From Acidobacteriota bacterium (lineage in GTDB: Bacteria > Acidobacteriota > Terriglobia > UBA7540): DNA of 42,928 nucleotides. The stretch covers positions 1 to 42,928 of the forward strand of contig QHZK01000009.1 of assembly GCA_003224635.1 (NCBI GenBank), written 5' to 3'. Of the stretch, positions 26,053 through 34,868 are shown piece after piece. Position 1 is the first letter of the stretch. Every line of letters starts with the position of its first letter. The notes under the pieces are model-generated. The model was not told where the DNA came from. It saw nothing but the letters and a program-made list of their open reading frames with translations, and did not search any database. The position numbers and the translations under genes were made by a program.

Positions 26053-26398
26053 AAGCCTCCTGACCGTGGCGTTCGGCTCTGCGCAGGAGTAGTCGATTCG
26101 ACCGAGTTCGGGGCAACTGCCATTCTCCGGTCGACTCGACTGCGTGAGAGCCGACGCCAAGCCACGTGTCTAACCGACGCCGGTCGTGAGGTCTCGGGTG
26201 GCTGGTCTGATGCCAACAGGGGAAGGTCGCCCATTATGAGAACGGTGTCCCTAGAGCGTCATGAGCTAGCAAACGTAGGATGATTTCGCAATGCGTGCAA
26301 CCGAACTTGGCCGTATTTCTCGTTTTCCTGACACCGACACGAACGTGAGGACGCGATCCTGGCCCGTCAGATTCCTGGAACGCAGACAGTCTATGGTT

Positions 26399-27265
26399 TC
26401 ACGCACTTTTCCTCGGTCGCAGATGGACCCATAGGTGCCAGCCAAGCACGCTCTCCCCCGGCAAAGCATGCGTGAGCGGCCCAGGCAGCGGCGGGGCATG
26501 CATCGAGGCCTTGTACGACTTCGTCAGCTTGAACTCCGTAAAGACCCGCCGCACCTCACGCAAGTCGTAGACCTTGGAGTAGGGGTTCTCCGGGCCGTCT
26601 GTGTTCGCGTGGATAAAGTTCTTCAGCCTGAGGTAGTTCCATAGGCCACACCGCCTCGCATTCTCCAAATGGCCGCCGAGCTTACCGCCAGCGTTGATGC
26701 CTCCGTAGTACATCGCGACGAGTCCGAGCCTCCGCAGGAGGGCAATCGAGAGCAGGTAATTCAGGGACCACTTGGCGTAAAGCATCGCGATCAGTTCCCC
26801 GTTAGGTTTCAACACCCGAGCGATCTCGCGTTGCGCTCTGTCAATATCAGGGATGTGATGGAGCACGCCATGTGAAAACACAATGTCGAAGGAGTTGGAC
26901 GAGAACGGAAGGTTGAGCGCGGTCCCCCGCTTGAGTTCCTGATACGGCAGCCCGCGAAGCTCTAGTCTTTTTCGCACTCGCTTCACTGACTCCTCGGTCA
27001 AATCCAGTCCAGACCAATGCGCGCCGCGCCGGACGATTTGCTCGGAGTCTGAACCCTCTCCAAGGCCGATTTCCAAGACGCGCTTTTCGCGCAACCCAAT
27101 GCGATCGAGAATCGTGAGCATCTGGGGCTGCTCGTCGTATCGATAATTGTCGTATTCCTGGAAGAATCGCTCCAAATCTGTGTCACCCTCCCCGCGCAGA
27201 CCGCCGACCAGTGTCTCGCCGCAAGGGTGCTTTTGCCAAAACTCCTGTATCTGTGCCTCGGTCAA
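26399..27265 (-). CDS. Class I SAM-dependent methyltransferase (Methyltransf_11-like)
   Basis: RVLEIGLGEGSDSEQIV, FDIVFSHGVLHHIPD and LKPNGELIAMLY. The track ORF (to 27421) overlaps the upstream GT4. I prefer the TTG at 27265 (LTEAQIQEFWQKHPCGE), but the start is uncertain. Confidence 0.75.
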   Translation of the reverse strand: MTEAQIQEFWQKHPCGETLVGGLRGEGDTDLERFFQEYDNYRYDEQPQMLTILDRIGLREKRVLEIGLGEGSDSEQIVRRGAHWSGLDLTEESVKRVRKRLELRGLPYQELKRGTALNLPFSSNSFDIVFSHGVLHHIPDIDRAQREIARVLKPNGELIAMLYAKWSLNYLLSIALLRRLGLVAMYYGGINAGGKLGGHLENARRCGLWNYLRLKNFIHANTDGPENPYSKVYDLREVRRVFTEFKLTKSYKASMHAPPLPGPLTHALPGESVLGWHLWVHLRPRKSA

Positions 27266-27293
27266 TCGTTCACCTTGCGCAGGCCGCGCAGCT

Positions 27294-29021
27294 TCATCCC
27301 CGGCCAACTCTCCTAGCGGCGCCTCGCAACCGCCGACTTGGAGAAGCGACTCCGCTTGGCTCGGTCTGCTGTTCGCTTTTAGGGGCAGGGAGAGTAAGCC
27401 GAGCCAGGAGATGGGCTGCATTCTGACTCCAGGTGTGGCGAGCCAAGGCAGCCTCCCTCGCAGCCTGGCCGAGCCGATTCCGCGTCTCCGGTTGGCTTGC
27501 CAGCAATCGAATCGCCGTTACCAATTGCCTGGAGTCTCCCGGGGGTACGAGCCAGGCCGTTTCCCGGTGACGGAGAACGCAGCCAATCTGACCCAAGTCG
27601 CTGGCCACGATCGCCTTTCCCATGGCCATGTATTCGAAGAGCTTGGTCGGGGAGCCGAAAAAAGGCTTGCCATCTAGCATGGGGACGTGAGGCGATACGA
27701 GAATGTCTGAGGCGTCAAGATGAGCGGGCACCTGATCGTGCAAAACCGGGCCAGCAAGAACGACCTCCCCTGCCCTCTCGTATTCAGCACAGCTCTGGCG
27801 AAGTTCGCCGCGCAGCGGCCCCTCTCCCACAAGCAGAAATCGCAGTTGACCTCCCGGGTGGGGCGGCTCCCCGTCCAAGAGTTGGTGGATGGCCTCCTGC
27901 AGAACCGGAATCCCGTGCCAATAGCTGAAGGTGCCCACGAAGCCGACGACGACATCCACCGGACCAAAACCGATCTGACAGCGCAACTGTTCTCCTCCGC
28001 ATCGCGGACGGAAGGTTTCGGGATCAACTGCGTTGGGGTTCACCAGAATTCGCTCTGAAGGGATGCCTCGGGAAAGAAGCTCTTCCCGGAGCGTTTCGGA
28101 GACAACCACAATGAGGGAGGCGGCCGCGAGTGAAACGGCCTCGCAAAGGCGGAGCCAGCTTCGAAAACGTGACGGGTCCCAATGCTCTGCTATCCAGTCT
28201 TCAGAGCCGTTATATTCGAGTACCAGGGGAACGCGCAACCACCGCGACAGCAGGGCCCCGGCCACTACGAACCGTCCATGGCGTTGATATAGAGATGTTA
28301 ATTGCGCCCCACTGAGCTCCGGGGCCACGCTCCGGACAAACGCCGCATTGTACGAAAGCAAAAGCGGCTCGCGCAGGAGAAAGAAGCGCCTCCTGGCAGG
28401 AACTTGGCGGAACGGAAAGCTTCCGAAGTCAAGTCGCCGGCCGGAAAAAATCTTACACCGTGCGCCTTGTGCTGCTAACCCTGCCAAAAGCCCGCCAACG
28501 TGCGCCAGGGCTCCGCCAATTTTCGCTCGATCCAGTGGAAACGGGTACAAGTAAGCAAGATCCACCTGGTTGCGTTTTTTCCCTTGAAGCTCCTTGAGAG
28601 GTACCGGCTTGATCGCCAGCCTCAAGCAGATGAGAAGGGCATAAGACAGCAACAGGACGGCGCCGTCCAATAACCCGCTGGCCAAGAAGGACGGTGCGAG
28701 GCGCAGCCAATCCGAGCGTCGGTAGACACGAGCCTGTCCGGCTTCGTCCGCCACGACCGTGTCCCGGCAGCGATGAATGAGTCCCATCCAGGGCAGGAGT
28801 TGGGGCTCGTACACATCTCCCAGCGACTCGAAGAAGAACACCAATGCCTGACCTTCGAGGCTTCGGAAAGCCGCCAGTTGCCGACGCCAGCCCAATTCGC
28901 GGAGTTCACGGTGCGAGAGAAACTGCAGTGTGGCGCCGGGATAGAGGCCGGCGACGACTTGGCGAGCCCTTTCAGCCCGGCCTGTCCAGGCGTGAACGAA
29001 GACCGTCGGAGCCGCTTTCAT
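27294..29021 (-). CDS. GT4-family (group 1) glycosyltransferase with N-terminal extension
   Basis: GFVGTFSYWHGIPVL, LVGEGPLRGEL and FGSPTKLFEYMAMGKAIVASD (EX7E-type motif). An extra ~150-aa N-terminal region contains a hydrophobic helix. Confidence 0.85.
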   Translation of the reverse strand: MKAAPTVFVHAWTGRAERARQVVAGLYPGATLQFLSHRELRELGWRRQLAAFRSLEGQALVFFFESLGDVYEPQLLPWMGLIHRCRDTVVADEAGQARVYRRSDWLRLAPSFLASGLLDGAVLLLSYALLICLRLAIKPVPLKELQGKKRNQVDLAYLYPFPLDRAKIGGALAHVGGLLAGLAAQGARCKIFSGRRLDFGSFPFRQVPARRRFFLLREPLLLSYNAAFVRSVAPELSGAQLTSLYQRHGRFVVAGALLSRWLRVPLVLEYNGSEDWIAEHWDPSRFRSWLRLCEAVSLAAASLIVVVSETLREELLSRGIPSERILVNPNAVDPETFRPRCGGEQLRCQIGFGPVDVVVGFVGTFSYWHGIPVLQEAIHQLLDGEPPHPGGQLRFLLVGEGPLRGELRQSCAEYERAGEVVLAGPVLHDQVPAHLDASDILVSPHVPMLDGKPFFGSPTKLFEYMAMGKAIVASDLGQIGCVLRHRETAWLVPPGDSRQLVTAIRLLASQPETRNRLGQAAREAALARHTWSQNAAHLLARLTLPAPKSEQQTEPSGVASPSRRLRGAARRVGRG

Positions 29022-30487
29022 GCCGCTCCTCTTTCCCGAAGGGCCAAGGCCTGGGCCGTAGGAGATTCAGTGAGGCCATATTTATAAAGACAGGCCACAG
29101 CGAATATGAACGATAGGTTGAGGTCGGAGTATTGAAACGTCGTGCTATCCATCCCCATGACCCAGTAGATGATGAAAATCGATAAGAAGAACGGCCAGAC
29201 TATTGCTCCGCACGGTTTCAGCCTTCTCAGCCGGAGAAAAGCAATGACGAGAAAGATTTGAGACGCAACGAAGGGAATCAAGCCCAACACCCCAGTTTCG
29301 GTCAGTACGCTGCCAATTACGTTGTGGGGCGAATCCGCCGCGCCTATCCCTCCGAACGACCCCAAATCTGCGGGCAAGGCTGCCGCGGCGTCATCGTAGC
29401 TCGCAAACCCGATTCCGGTAAGCGGATGCGAGAGGAAAACTACCAGCGTTTGCTGACTCTGCGCGATGCGCAGGAAGAGGTTAACGGGACTGGCGCGTTC
29501 CTCGTAGGATACTGGGTCAAGGAACTTGAGGGCGGGAACGAGGACGAGAGCAAGCGTCAGGAGGCTGATGACCGCAAGGCGCCTTGGAAACAGGCGCTGA
29601 CGACGTAGATCAAGCAGAGCGACCATGACCAACGCCACCAGCACGCCCCGGAAAAGAGGCATAGAGCCACAAGCAAGGGCACTGAACACCCCCACTCGAT
29701 GCAGAATGTGCTGCCACAACGGCATCTCGTCTCGCCCAGCCCGGTAGAGGAAGAGCAGAAAGCAGAAGGTGAACATTCCGATGAGCGCAAACGAGTGGGG
29801 CGTTGTTACAGGGCCGTGGGGGCGCACGAGGGCGCCTGTAAACATGAGTTGTTCGACTCCGCCTATCGGCATTAAGTCCCTTTTCAGCCACATCTCTGCC
29901 ACCCCAATCCCCGCCGAATAGGTGGCCATCACCGCCACTAACAGGTGAAGAACTCGGAGATACGACCGGACGGGAAAACTGCGAACGACGTACCACCCCA
30001 GCAGAGCCGGTAGTACCAACGCATCGATGACCAGTCGCACCTTATACAGCGTGACTCGGGAACCGATCATGGAGACTGCCACCGCAACAAGGAACGCCCC
30101 CCATGCCAGCGCCGCGTGACGCAAGGCCAGCGGAGCAGGTGTGAGTTTCTTCGTGGGCGTGAACGCGATCGCGATTGACAGCAACGCCACAACGACTCGA
30201 TCCAGCGTCACGACCGAATGTTCTGCGGGATACGAGAGGAAGTAATACCCGAGGGGAAACAGCAAGACCCAGCCTAACAAGATAGGCTCTGCGCACCCGT
30301 TGAAGACGCACCAAATCGCGTAGACAACCAGAAGAAGTGCGGAAATTCCTGAGAGTGCTAGAATGAAGAGACTATAAGGTACAAGAAAGGGTGCAGCGAG
30401 TCCCGCCAGTGCGATCAAGGCAAGCAGCGCGTTGCGGCGACCTTGAGCGCTTTGTATCCCGGACCAAAAGGACGTAGAATCGGTCAT
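29018..30487 (-). CDS. Wzy/O-antigen-ligase-like polytopic membrane protein (candidate polymerase)
   Basis: 489 aa with at least 10 hydrophobic segments and a large loop region. It has a 4-bp overlap with the downstream GT4. The family call rests on topology and context only. Confidence 0.65.
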   Translation of the reverse strand: MTDSTSFWSGIQSAQGRRNALLALIALAGLAAPFLVPYSLFILALSGISALLLVVYAIWCVFNGCAEPILLGWVLLFPLGYYFLSYPAEHSVVTLDRVVVALLSIAIAFTPTKKLTPAPLALRHAALAWGAFLVAVAVSMIGSRVTLYKVRLVIDALVLPALLGWYVVRSFPVRSYLRVLHLLVAVMATYSAGIGVAEMWLKRDLMPIGGVEQLMFTGALVRPHGPVTTPHSFALIGMFTFCFLLFLYRAGRDEMPLWQHILHRVGVFSALACGSMPLFRGVLVALVMVALLDLRRQRLFPRRLAVISLLTLALVLVPALKFLDPVSYEERASPVNLFLRIAQSQQTLVVFLSHPLTGIGFASYDDAAAALPADLGSFGGIGAADSPHNVIGSVLTETGVLGLIPFVASQIFLVIAFLRLRRLKPCGAIVWPFFLSIFIIYWVMGMDSTTFQYSDLNLSFIFAVACLYKYGLTESPTAQALALRERGAA

Positions 30488-30530
30488 TGGAAGTAAAACC
30501 CCGAGACTCAGAAGAATAGAGGCATTCTGC

Positions 30531-32468
30531 TCAGTGGGCCGACAACTCAGCGGTTGGCAGTATCGTCTCGGCCGCGATGTACTGCTTCCACCAGAGGCAG
30601 AAGTTGAGTAGAAACCACAGCTTCCATCCCTTCCTTTCGCTTATGAGGCGCGCCACTTCGCCACGATCCAGGAAATCAGCCTGATCACAAAACTGCGTGA
30701 GTTCCGCGCTGGCAAAGGCGCCCAGGCGGTCTAGAAACCATTCTTCAACGGGCACACCGAAACCCTGCTTCTTGCGATCGATCACCTCGTCGGGTATCAG
30801 CCCTCGCACGGCCTTCCTAAGAATGTATTTCGGTTGACCATTTCTTATCTTCACGCTCTCGGGAATACTCAAGGCCAATTCAACAAACTTGTGATCCAAG
30901 AAGGGAACACGACACTCAAGACTGACGGCCATGCTCATCTTATCCACGCGCATGAGCAGCAGCTCGGGTAATCGAATCTTGAGGTCTACATACGTCATCC
31001 AGTTCGAGCGGGAGCGTTCCCAAGCGCTTTCCTCAAACCGACGCCGGATCGGGTCGAGAACATCCCATGAAGTCAGCCCACGTAAACTCGTTCGCAGGCG
31101 GGGCGAGAGAATGCGCCGTTTCGCAGCCCGGGTGAATGCATCAACTCCGCCCCAGAAAATCGGCCGCCCTTCAATTCCGCGCTGCAGCAGTTCGTAAGGA
31201 TAGCTTGCGTCCCTCCCGGACAACCTGAGGCCAGCCATCATCAGCCTCTTCAAGCTGCCAGGCACAGGCAGATCTTCCAGCCGCTGCAACTGGAGCTTTC
31301 TTATCCACGCCGTGTACCCGAGGAAAAGCTCGTCCGCCCCCTCTCCCACCTGGCAGACGATGACGCCATGGTCGCGCGCCAGCTTCGAAACGAAGTACAC
31401 GGGCATGCAGACCGGATCAGCGATTGGCTCGTCCTGCGACTTGATCATGTCCGGCAGGAAGCCCAACAGGTCGTCCTGTGTGAGCAACTGCTCCTGATGT
31501 TCGGCGTTGACCCTTCGTGCCATCTGTCGGGCGTATGGCAGTTCGCTGGGATAACTCTGGTAGTGCTTGTCATAGGCGATCGAAAACGTCCGGATCGGCT
31601 GAGTCTCATTCTCTGAGAAAAGTGCGGCGTTAGTGCTGGAGTCAATGCCTCCCGAAAGGAAAACCCCCACCGGCACGTCGCTCACCTTCCGCAGCCGCAC
31701 GGCGGTCCGCAACTCCTCAAGAAGTCGGTCGGCAATCTCGGTTTCTGTCGCGCCCGCCAGGCTGTGGGTATGGTCCCAAACGTCCCAGTAACAACTCGAA
31801 TGGAGGTCGCCTCGGGCGCTTACCCGAAGCCAGGTGGCCGGAGGCAGCTTATGGATTCCCTCAAAGAGAGTGCTGGGCGCGGGCGTTGCGACAAACGAAA
31901 GATAGTGGTAAAAGGCGACTTCATCGACGGCGCGCTTCTGGTCGGGGTCTTCCAGCAATGCTTTGATCTCTGAGGCGAAGACAATCCGCCCGTCATGAAT
32001 GGAGTAGTAGAGCGGCTTGACACCGATTCGGTCCCGGATGAGCCAGAGTTCCCGGCGGTTCGAATCCCACAGGGCAATGGCGAACATGCCGCGGAACTTC
32101 GCCAGACAGTCAATCCCCCATTGCTCAAACGCGTGCAGAATGACCTCCGTATCGGAATGGTCGGTCTTCCACTGGTGGCCACCCAGTTCCTCAAGTTCCG
32201 AGCGGATCTCAGCGTGGTTGTAGATTTCACCGTTAAACGCGATCCAGAGGGACCCGTCTTCGTTGCTCATCGGCTGGGCGGCGGCTTCTGAGAGATCGAT
32301 AATGGCCAGCCGCCGGTGGCCCAGTCCCACGCGGCCATCCGGGGAGATCCAAAGGCCGACGCCGTCTGGGCCACGGTGGTCCATAACGTCACGCATGCCC
32401 GTGATATAACTTGGAGTTACGCGGAACCTAGCAGAAGAGAATATCAGCGCGCCCGCTATGCCACACAT
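30531..32468 (-). CDS. Asparagine synthase (glutamine-hydrolysing)-family amidotransferase, paralog 2
   Basis: Begins MCGIAGALIF (Ntn Cys2). PP-loop VGVFLSGGIDSS is present. 645 aa. Confidence 0.9.
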   Translation of the reverse strand: MCGIAGALIFSSARFRVTPSYITGMRDVMDHRGPDGVGLWISPDGRVGLGHRRLAIIDLSEAAAQPMSNEDGSLWIAFNGEIYNHAEIRSELEELGGHQWKTDHSDTEVILHAFEQWGIDCLAKFRGMFAIALWDSNRRELWLIRDRIGVKPLYYSIHDGRIVFASEIKALLEDPDQKRAVDEVAFYHYLSFVATPAPSTLFEGIHKLPPATWLRVSARGDLHSSCYWDVWDHTHSLAGATETEIADRLLEELRTAVRLRKVSDVPVGVFLSGGIDSSTNAALFSENETQPIRTFSIAYDKHYQSYPSELPYARQMARRVNAEHQEQLLTQDDLLGFLPDMIKSQDEPIADPVCMPVYFVSKLARDHGVIVCQVGEGADELFLGYTAWIRKLQLQRLEDLPVPGSLKRLMMAGLRLSGRDASYPYELLQRGIEGRPIFWGGVDAFTRAAKRRILSPRLRTSLRGLTSWDVLDPIRRRFEESAWERSRSNWMTYVDLKIRLPELLLMRVDKMSMAVSLECRVPFLDHKFVELALSIPESVKIRNGQPKYILRKAVRGLIPDEVIDRKKQGFGVPVEEWFLDRLGAFASAELTQFCDQADFLDRGEVARLISERKGWKLWFLLNFCLWWKQYIAAETILPTAELSAH

Positions 32469-32521
32469 TCAGTAACCTCTTCGAACCGGTTTAACCGCAA
32501 AGTGCAGTGCGGTATGGCCCT

Positions 32522-32609
32522 TTAGCGTGCCTGCGTCAAGCCTCGGGAAACCAGGCGCTGTTTCCAGGACGCCGCCAGATCAGCGAGCACCAGCCAGACG
32601 AAGTGAATT
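32522..32609 (-). pseudogene. Remnant of the last ~27 codons of a GT26 (WecB/TagA/CpsF) gene
   Basis: The minus-strand reading gives FVWLVLADLAASWKQRLVSRGLTQAR* (stop = complement of 32522-32524). The intact GT26 gene ends ..FVWLVLADLAASWKERLVGSKIG*. At the DNA level, 32550-32603 matches 33941-33994 at 51/54 positions by my manual alignment. Confidence 0.65.
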
Positions 32610-32701
32610 CTGCGCGGACTCAATGAACGAATAAAACTCGGCCGATTCAAGATGCGCCGAATCGATGCAATAGCTATCCCTTTACGAGATCGTCTCTCCG
32701 G

Positions 32702-33631
32702 TCACCGCGTTGCTTCAAGTATCACTCGGTCAGTAAATATTTCCCAAAGTAAAGGAAGATTTGCGACAAGCTTGAAGGGCAGGGCATAGTATTTCATGTG
32801 CCAACGCTCCCACTTCGAACGAAACGGAGAGACAAGTGGTGAGTGTCGGCACTTTACCTCCCGGAATGGGATCCTCGTAATTAGGCGGTGGAAGCCACTT
32901 AGCGTGGTCCCGTTAACACCCCAAAGCGGATCGGAATGCCTAAAAACGGGAGGGCGATATCTCTGCTTACGAGCTCTCATTAGCTGTTCTGCTGCCACGA
33001 CCAAGGTAGGACAGGGGAACAAAAGGTTGGGAAAAGGCGATCGAGAGACATACCCATGTAGGTGACTACCTCCGTGCGGGAGATGGAACGGTGGAAACAC
33101 GGCATACAAGGTCCCATTTGGTCTGAGCAGCCGGTAGCACTCCTTCAATGCCTCTTCGACGCTGGCCGCGTGCTCGAAGACATCATAGGAGCAAACTATG
33201 TCAAAGCTTTCATCCCGAAACGGGAGGGGCCTACTTTCTTCAATCTGCACTATGGTTATCTCTACGCCTTTGAGTTCCGCGAATTGCCGCGCTTCGGCGA
33301 CCATCTCCGGTATGATCTCGGTTCCGGCGACGCTTCTGGCTCCGAGTTCTTTGTAGCGGACTGTCCGGCCGCCGTATCCGCAGCCGAAATCGAGCACGTC
33401 CGCTCCGGTGAACGTGAGAGCCCCGCCGAAAAAGGCTTGGAAGCTACGCCTCTCGCACTCATCCTCATACTCCATCTTCGCCCGTTGCAGCGGTTGCCGG
33501 TGCTCGTAGTAGTTCGGCAGTGTGGTCGGAAGCAGGCCCAAATACCACCTAGCCACAGGTACGAGCGCACGTTGGAATGGAGATAGCGGCGGTCTCCCGA
33601 GGTCCCGGATTATGTCCTTGTAGTTCTGCAT
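32702..33631 (-). CDS. Class I SAM-dependent methyltransferase
   Basis: Start moved to the internal ATG (complement of 33629-33631; MQNYKDIIRDLG..). Motifs seen: DVLDFGCGYGGRTVRY, FDIVCSYDVFEHA and LRPNGTLYAVFPP. Confidence 0.8.
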   Translation of the reverse strand: MQNYKDIIRDLGRPPLSPFQRALVPVARWYLGLLPTTLPNYYEHRQPLQRAKMEYEDECERRSFQAFFGGALTFTGADVLDFGCGYGGRTVRYKELGARSVAGTEIIPEMVAEARQFAELKGVEITIVQIEESRPLPFRDESFDIVCSYDVFEHAASVEEALKECYRLLRPNGTLYAVFPPFHLPHGGSHLHGYVSRSPFPNLLFPCPTLVVAAEQLMRARKQRYRPPVFRHSDPLWGVNGTTLSGFHRLITRIPFREVKCRHSPLVSPFRSKWERWHMKYYALPFKLVANLPLLWEIFTDRVILEATR

Positions 33632-33921
33632 TCTTAATGGAATCGTGAATATGAAATCAAAACAAACGCTTCCGGATCTCGTGTTGGTCCCCTCTGGCGA
33701 TTTTCCCGACCATGATTGGCTGTTCACGGTTAAGCAGCAACTCCGGTCGATTCGAGCGGTATTTTCGCAAGGCGGTGAAGAACTCCTCCGCTCGGCCAAA
33801 GAAGATGGCTCTTGAAAAGCGATTCTTGAACTTATTGCGATAGAACGCATCAGTAAGGGCACAAGGAAACACGCGACAGCTCTGAAGTGGTGGCGCTATG
33901 AACACGCACTCATTGCTCCCG

Positions 33922-34710
33922 TTAGCCGATCTTGCTACCGACCAGGCGCTCTTTCCAGGACGCCGCCAGATCAGCAAGGACCAGCCAGACGAAGGCGGAA
34001 TTGGTTTCCAAGTATCGGCGCCACATACGCCCGGGTTCCTGCAACAGCCGATAGAACCACTCCAAACCAGAACGCTGCATCCAGAAGGGGGCGCGTCTGA
34101 CCACACCTGCCAGCGTCTCGAAGCTTCCTCCTACGCCTTGGCACACCGCTACATTGAGCGAAGACAAATGGCGGTCACCCCATAGCTCTTTCTTAGGTGT
34201 GCTCATGCCTAGTAGGAGCAGATCGCTCCGACTCTCATATATCTCCCGGACAATAACTGCCTCATCTTTTTCCCCGAAATAGCCGTGCCGGGCCCCAGCG
34301 ATTTGCAGTCCTGGGTGACGCCGCCGAATTTCCGCCACGGAACGTTGAAGAACGTCCGGTCGGGCCCCCAGAAGAAAGACTCGATATCCGCGGTCGGCGG
34401 ACGCGGTGAGCATTCTTTCCATCAGGTCGGTGCCGTTTACGCGGCCGGGCAGTGGTGTGCCTCGAAGCTTTGATGCCCAGACGATGGGAACACCGTCGGC
34501 AAGTAACATGTCCGATCGGTCGATGGCGGCGCGCAGTTCGGGGTTCTGTCGGTAACGTACTACCTTGGCAGCGTTCACGAAGACGACATGCGTGGGTTGC
34601 CTCTGTTCTATCCTCTGGCAAAGCTCGCACACGACCTCCTCGAAGGAAATCCGGTCCACCGGACAGCGAGCTACCGAGATGCGTTTTGGCCTTTCCGCTT
34701 CAACCTTCAT
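33922..34710 (-). CDS. WecB/TagA/CpsF-family (GT26) glycosyltransferase
   Basis: ..HVVFVNAAKVV.., LLADGVPIVWASKLRG, YRVFLLGARPDVL and LEWFYRLLQEPGRMWRRY. A GGAGAG lies upstream of the ATG. Confidence 0.85.
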   Translation of the reverse strand: MKVEAERPKRISVARCPVDRISFEEVVCELCQRIEQRQPTHVVFVNAAKVVRYRQNPELRAAIDRSDMLLADGVPIVWASKLRGTPLPGRVNGTDLMERMLTASADRGYRVFLLGARPDVLQRSVAEIRRRHPGLQIAGARHGYFGEKDEAVIVREIYESRSDLLLLGMSTPKKELWGDRHLSSLNVAVCQGVGGSFETLAGVVRRAPFWMQRSGLEWFYRLLQEPGRMWRRYLETNSAFVWLVLADLAASWKERLVGSKIG

Positions 34711-34868
34711 TCGACTTCTCTCCGGAGGCTAAAGCACACGAGGATTCCCTCCCGGCTGGCGTCCGGCCCTTGCAAGCGGCCACCCTCAGAAATCGCGCCT
34801 TCCGAAATCGCTTTCTTCGTGTTTGGTTCGTTTGGTTCCTTCCTTGTTATCGATATCGCTGATCAGTG

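Noticed and set aside
34821-34838. A 9-bp tandem gtttggttc x2 and a repeated gaaatcgc in the gap between the sugar transferase and the GT26 gene.
   Set aside because: These are very short, with two copies only, and sit in a 158-bp intergenic spacer. That is no more than expected from slippage, so I noted them without interpretation.
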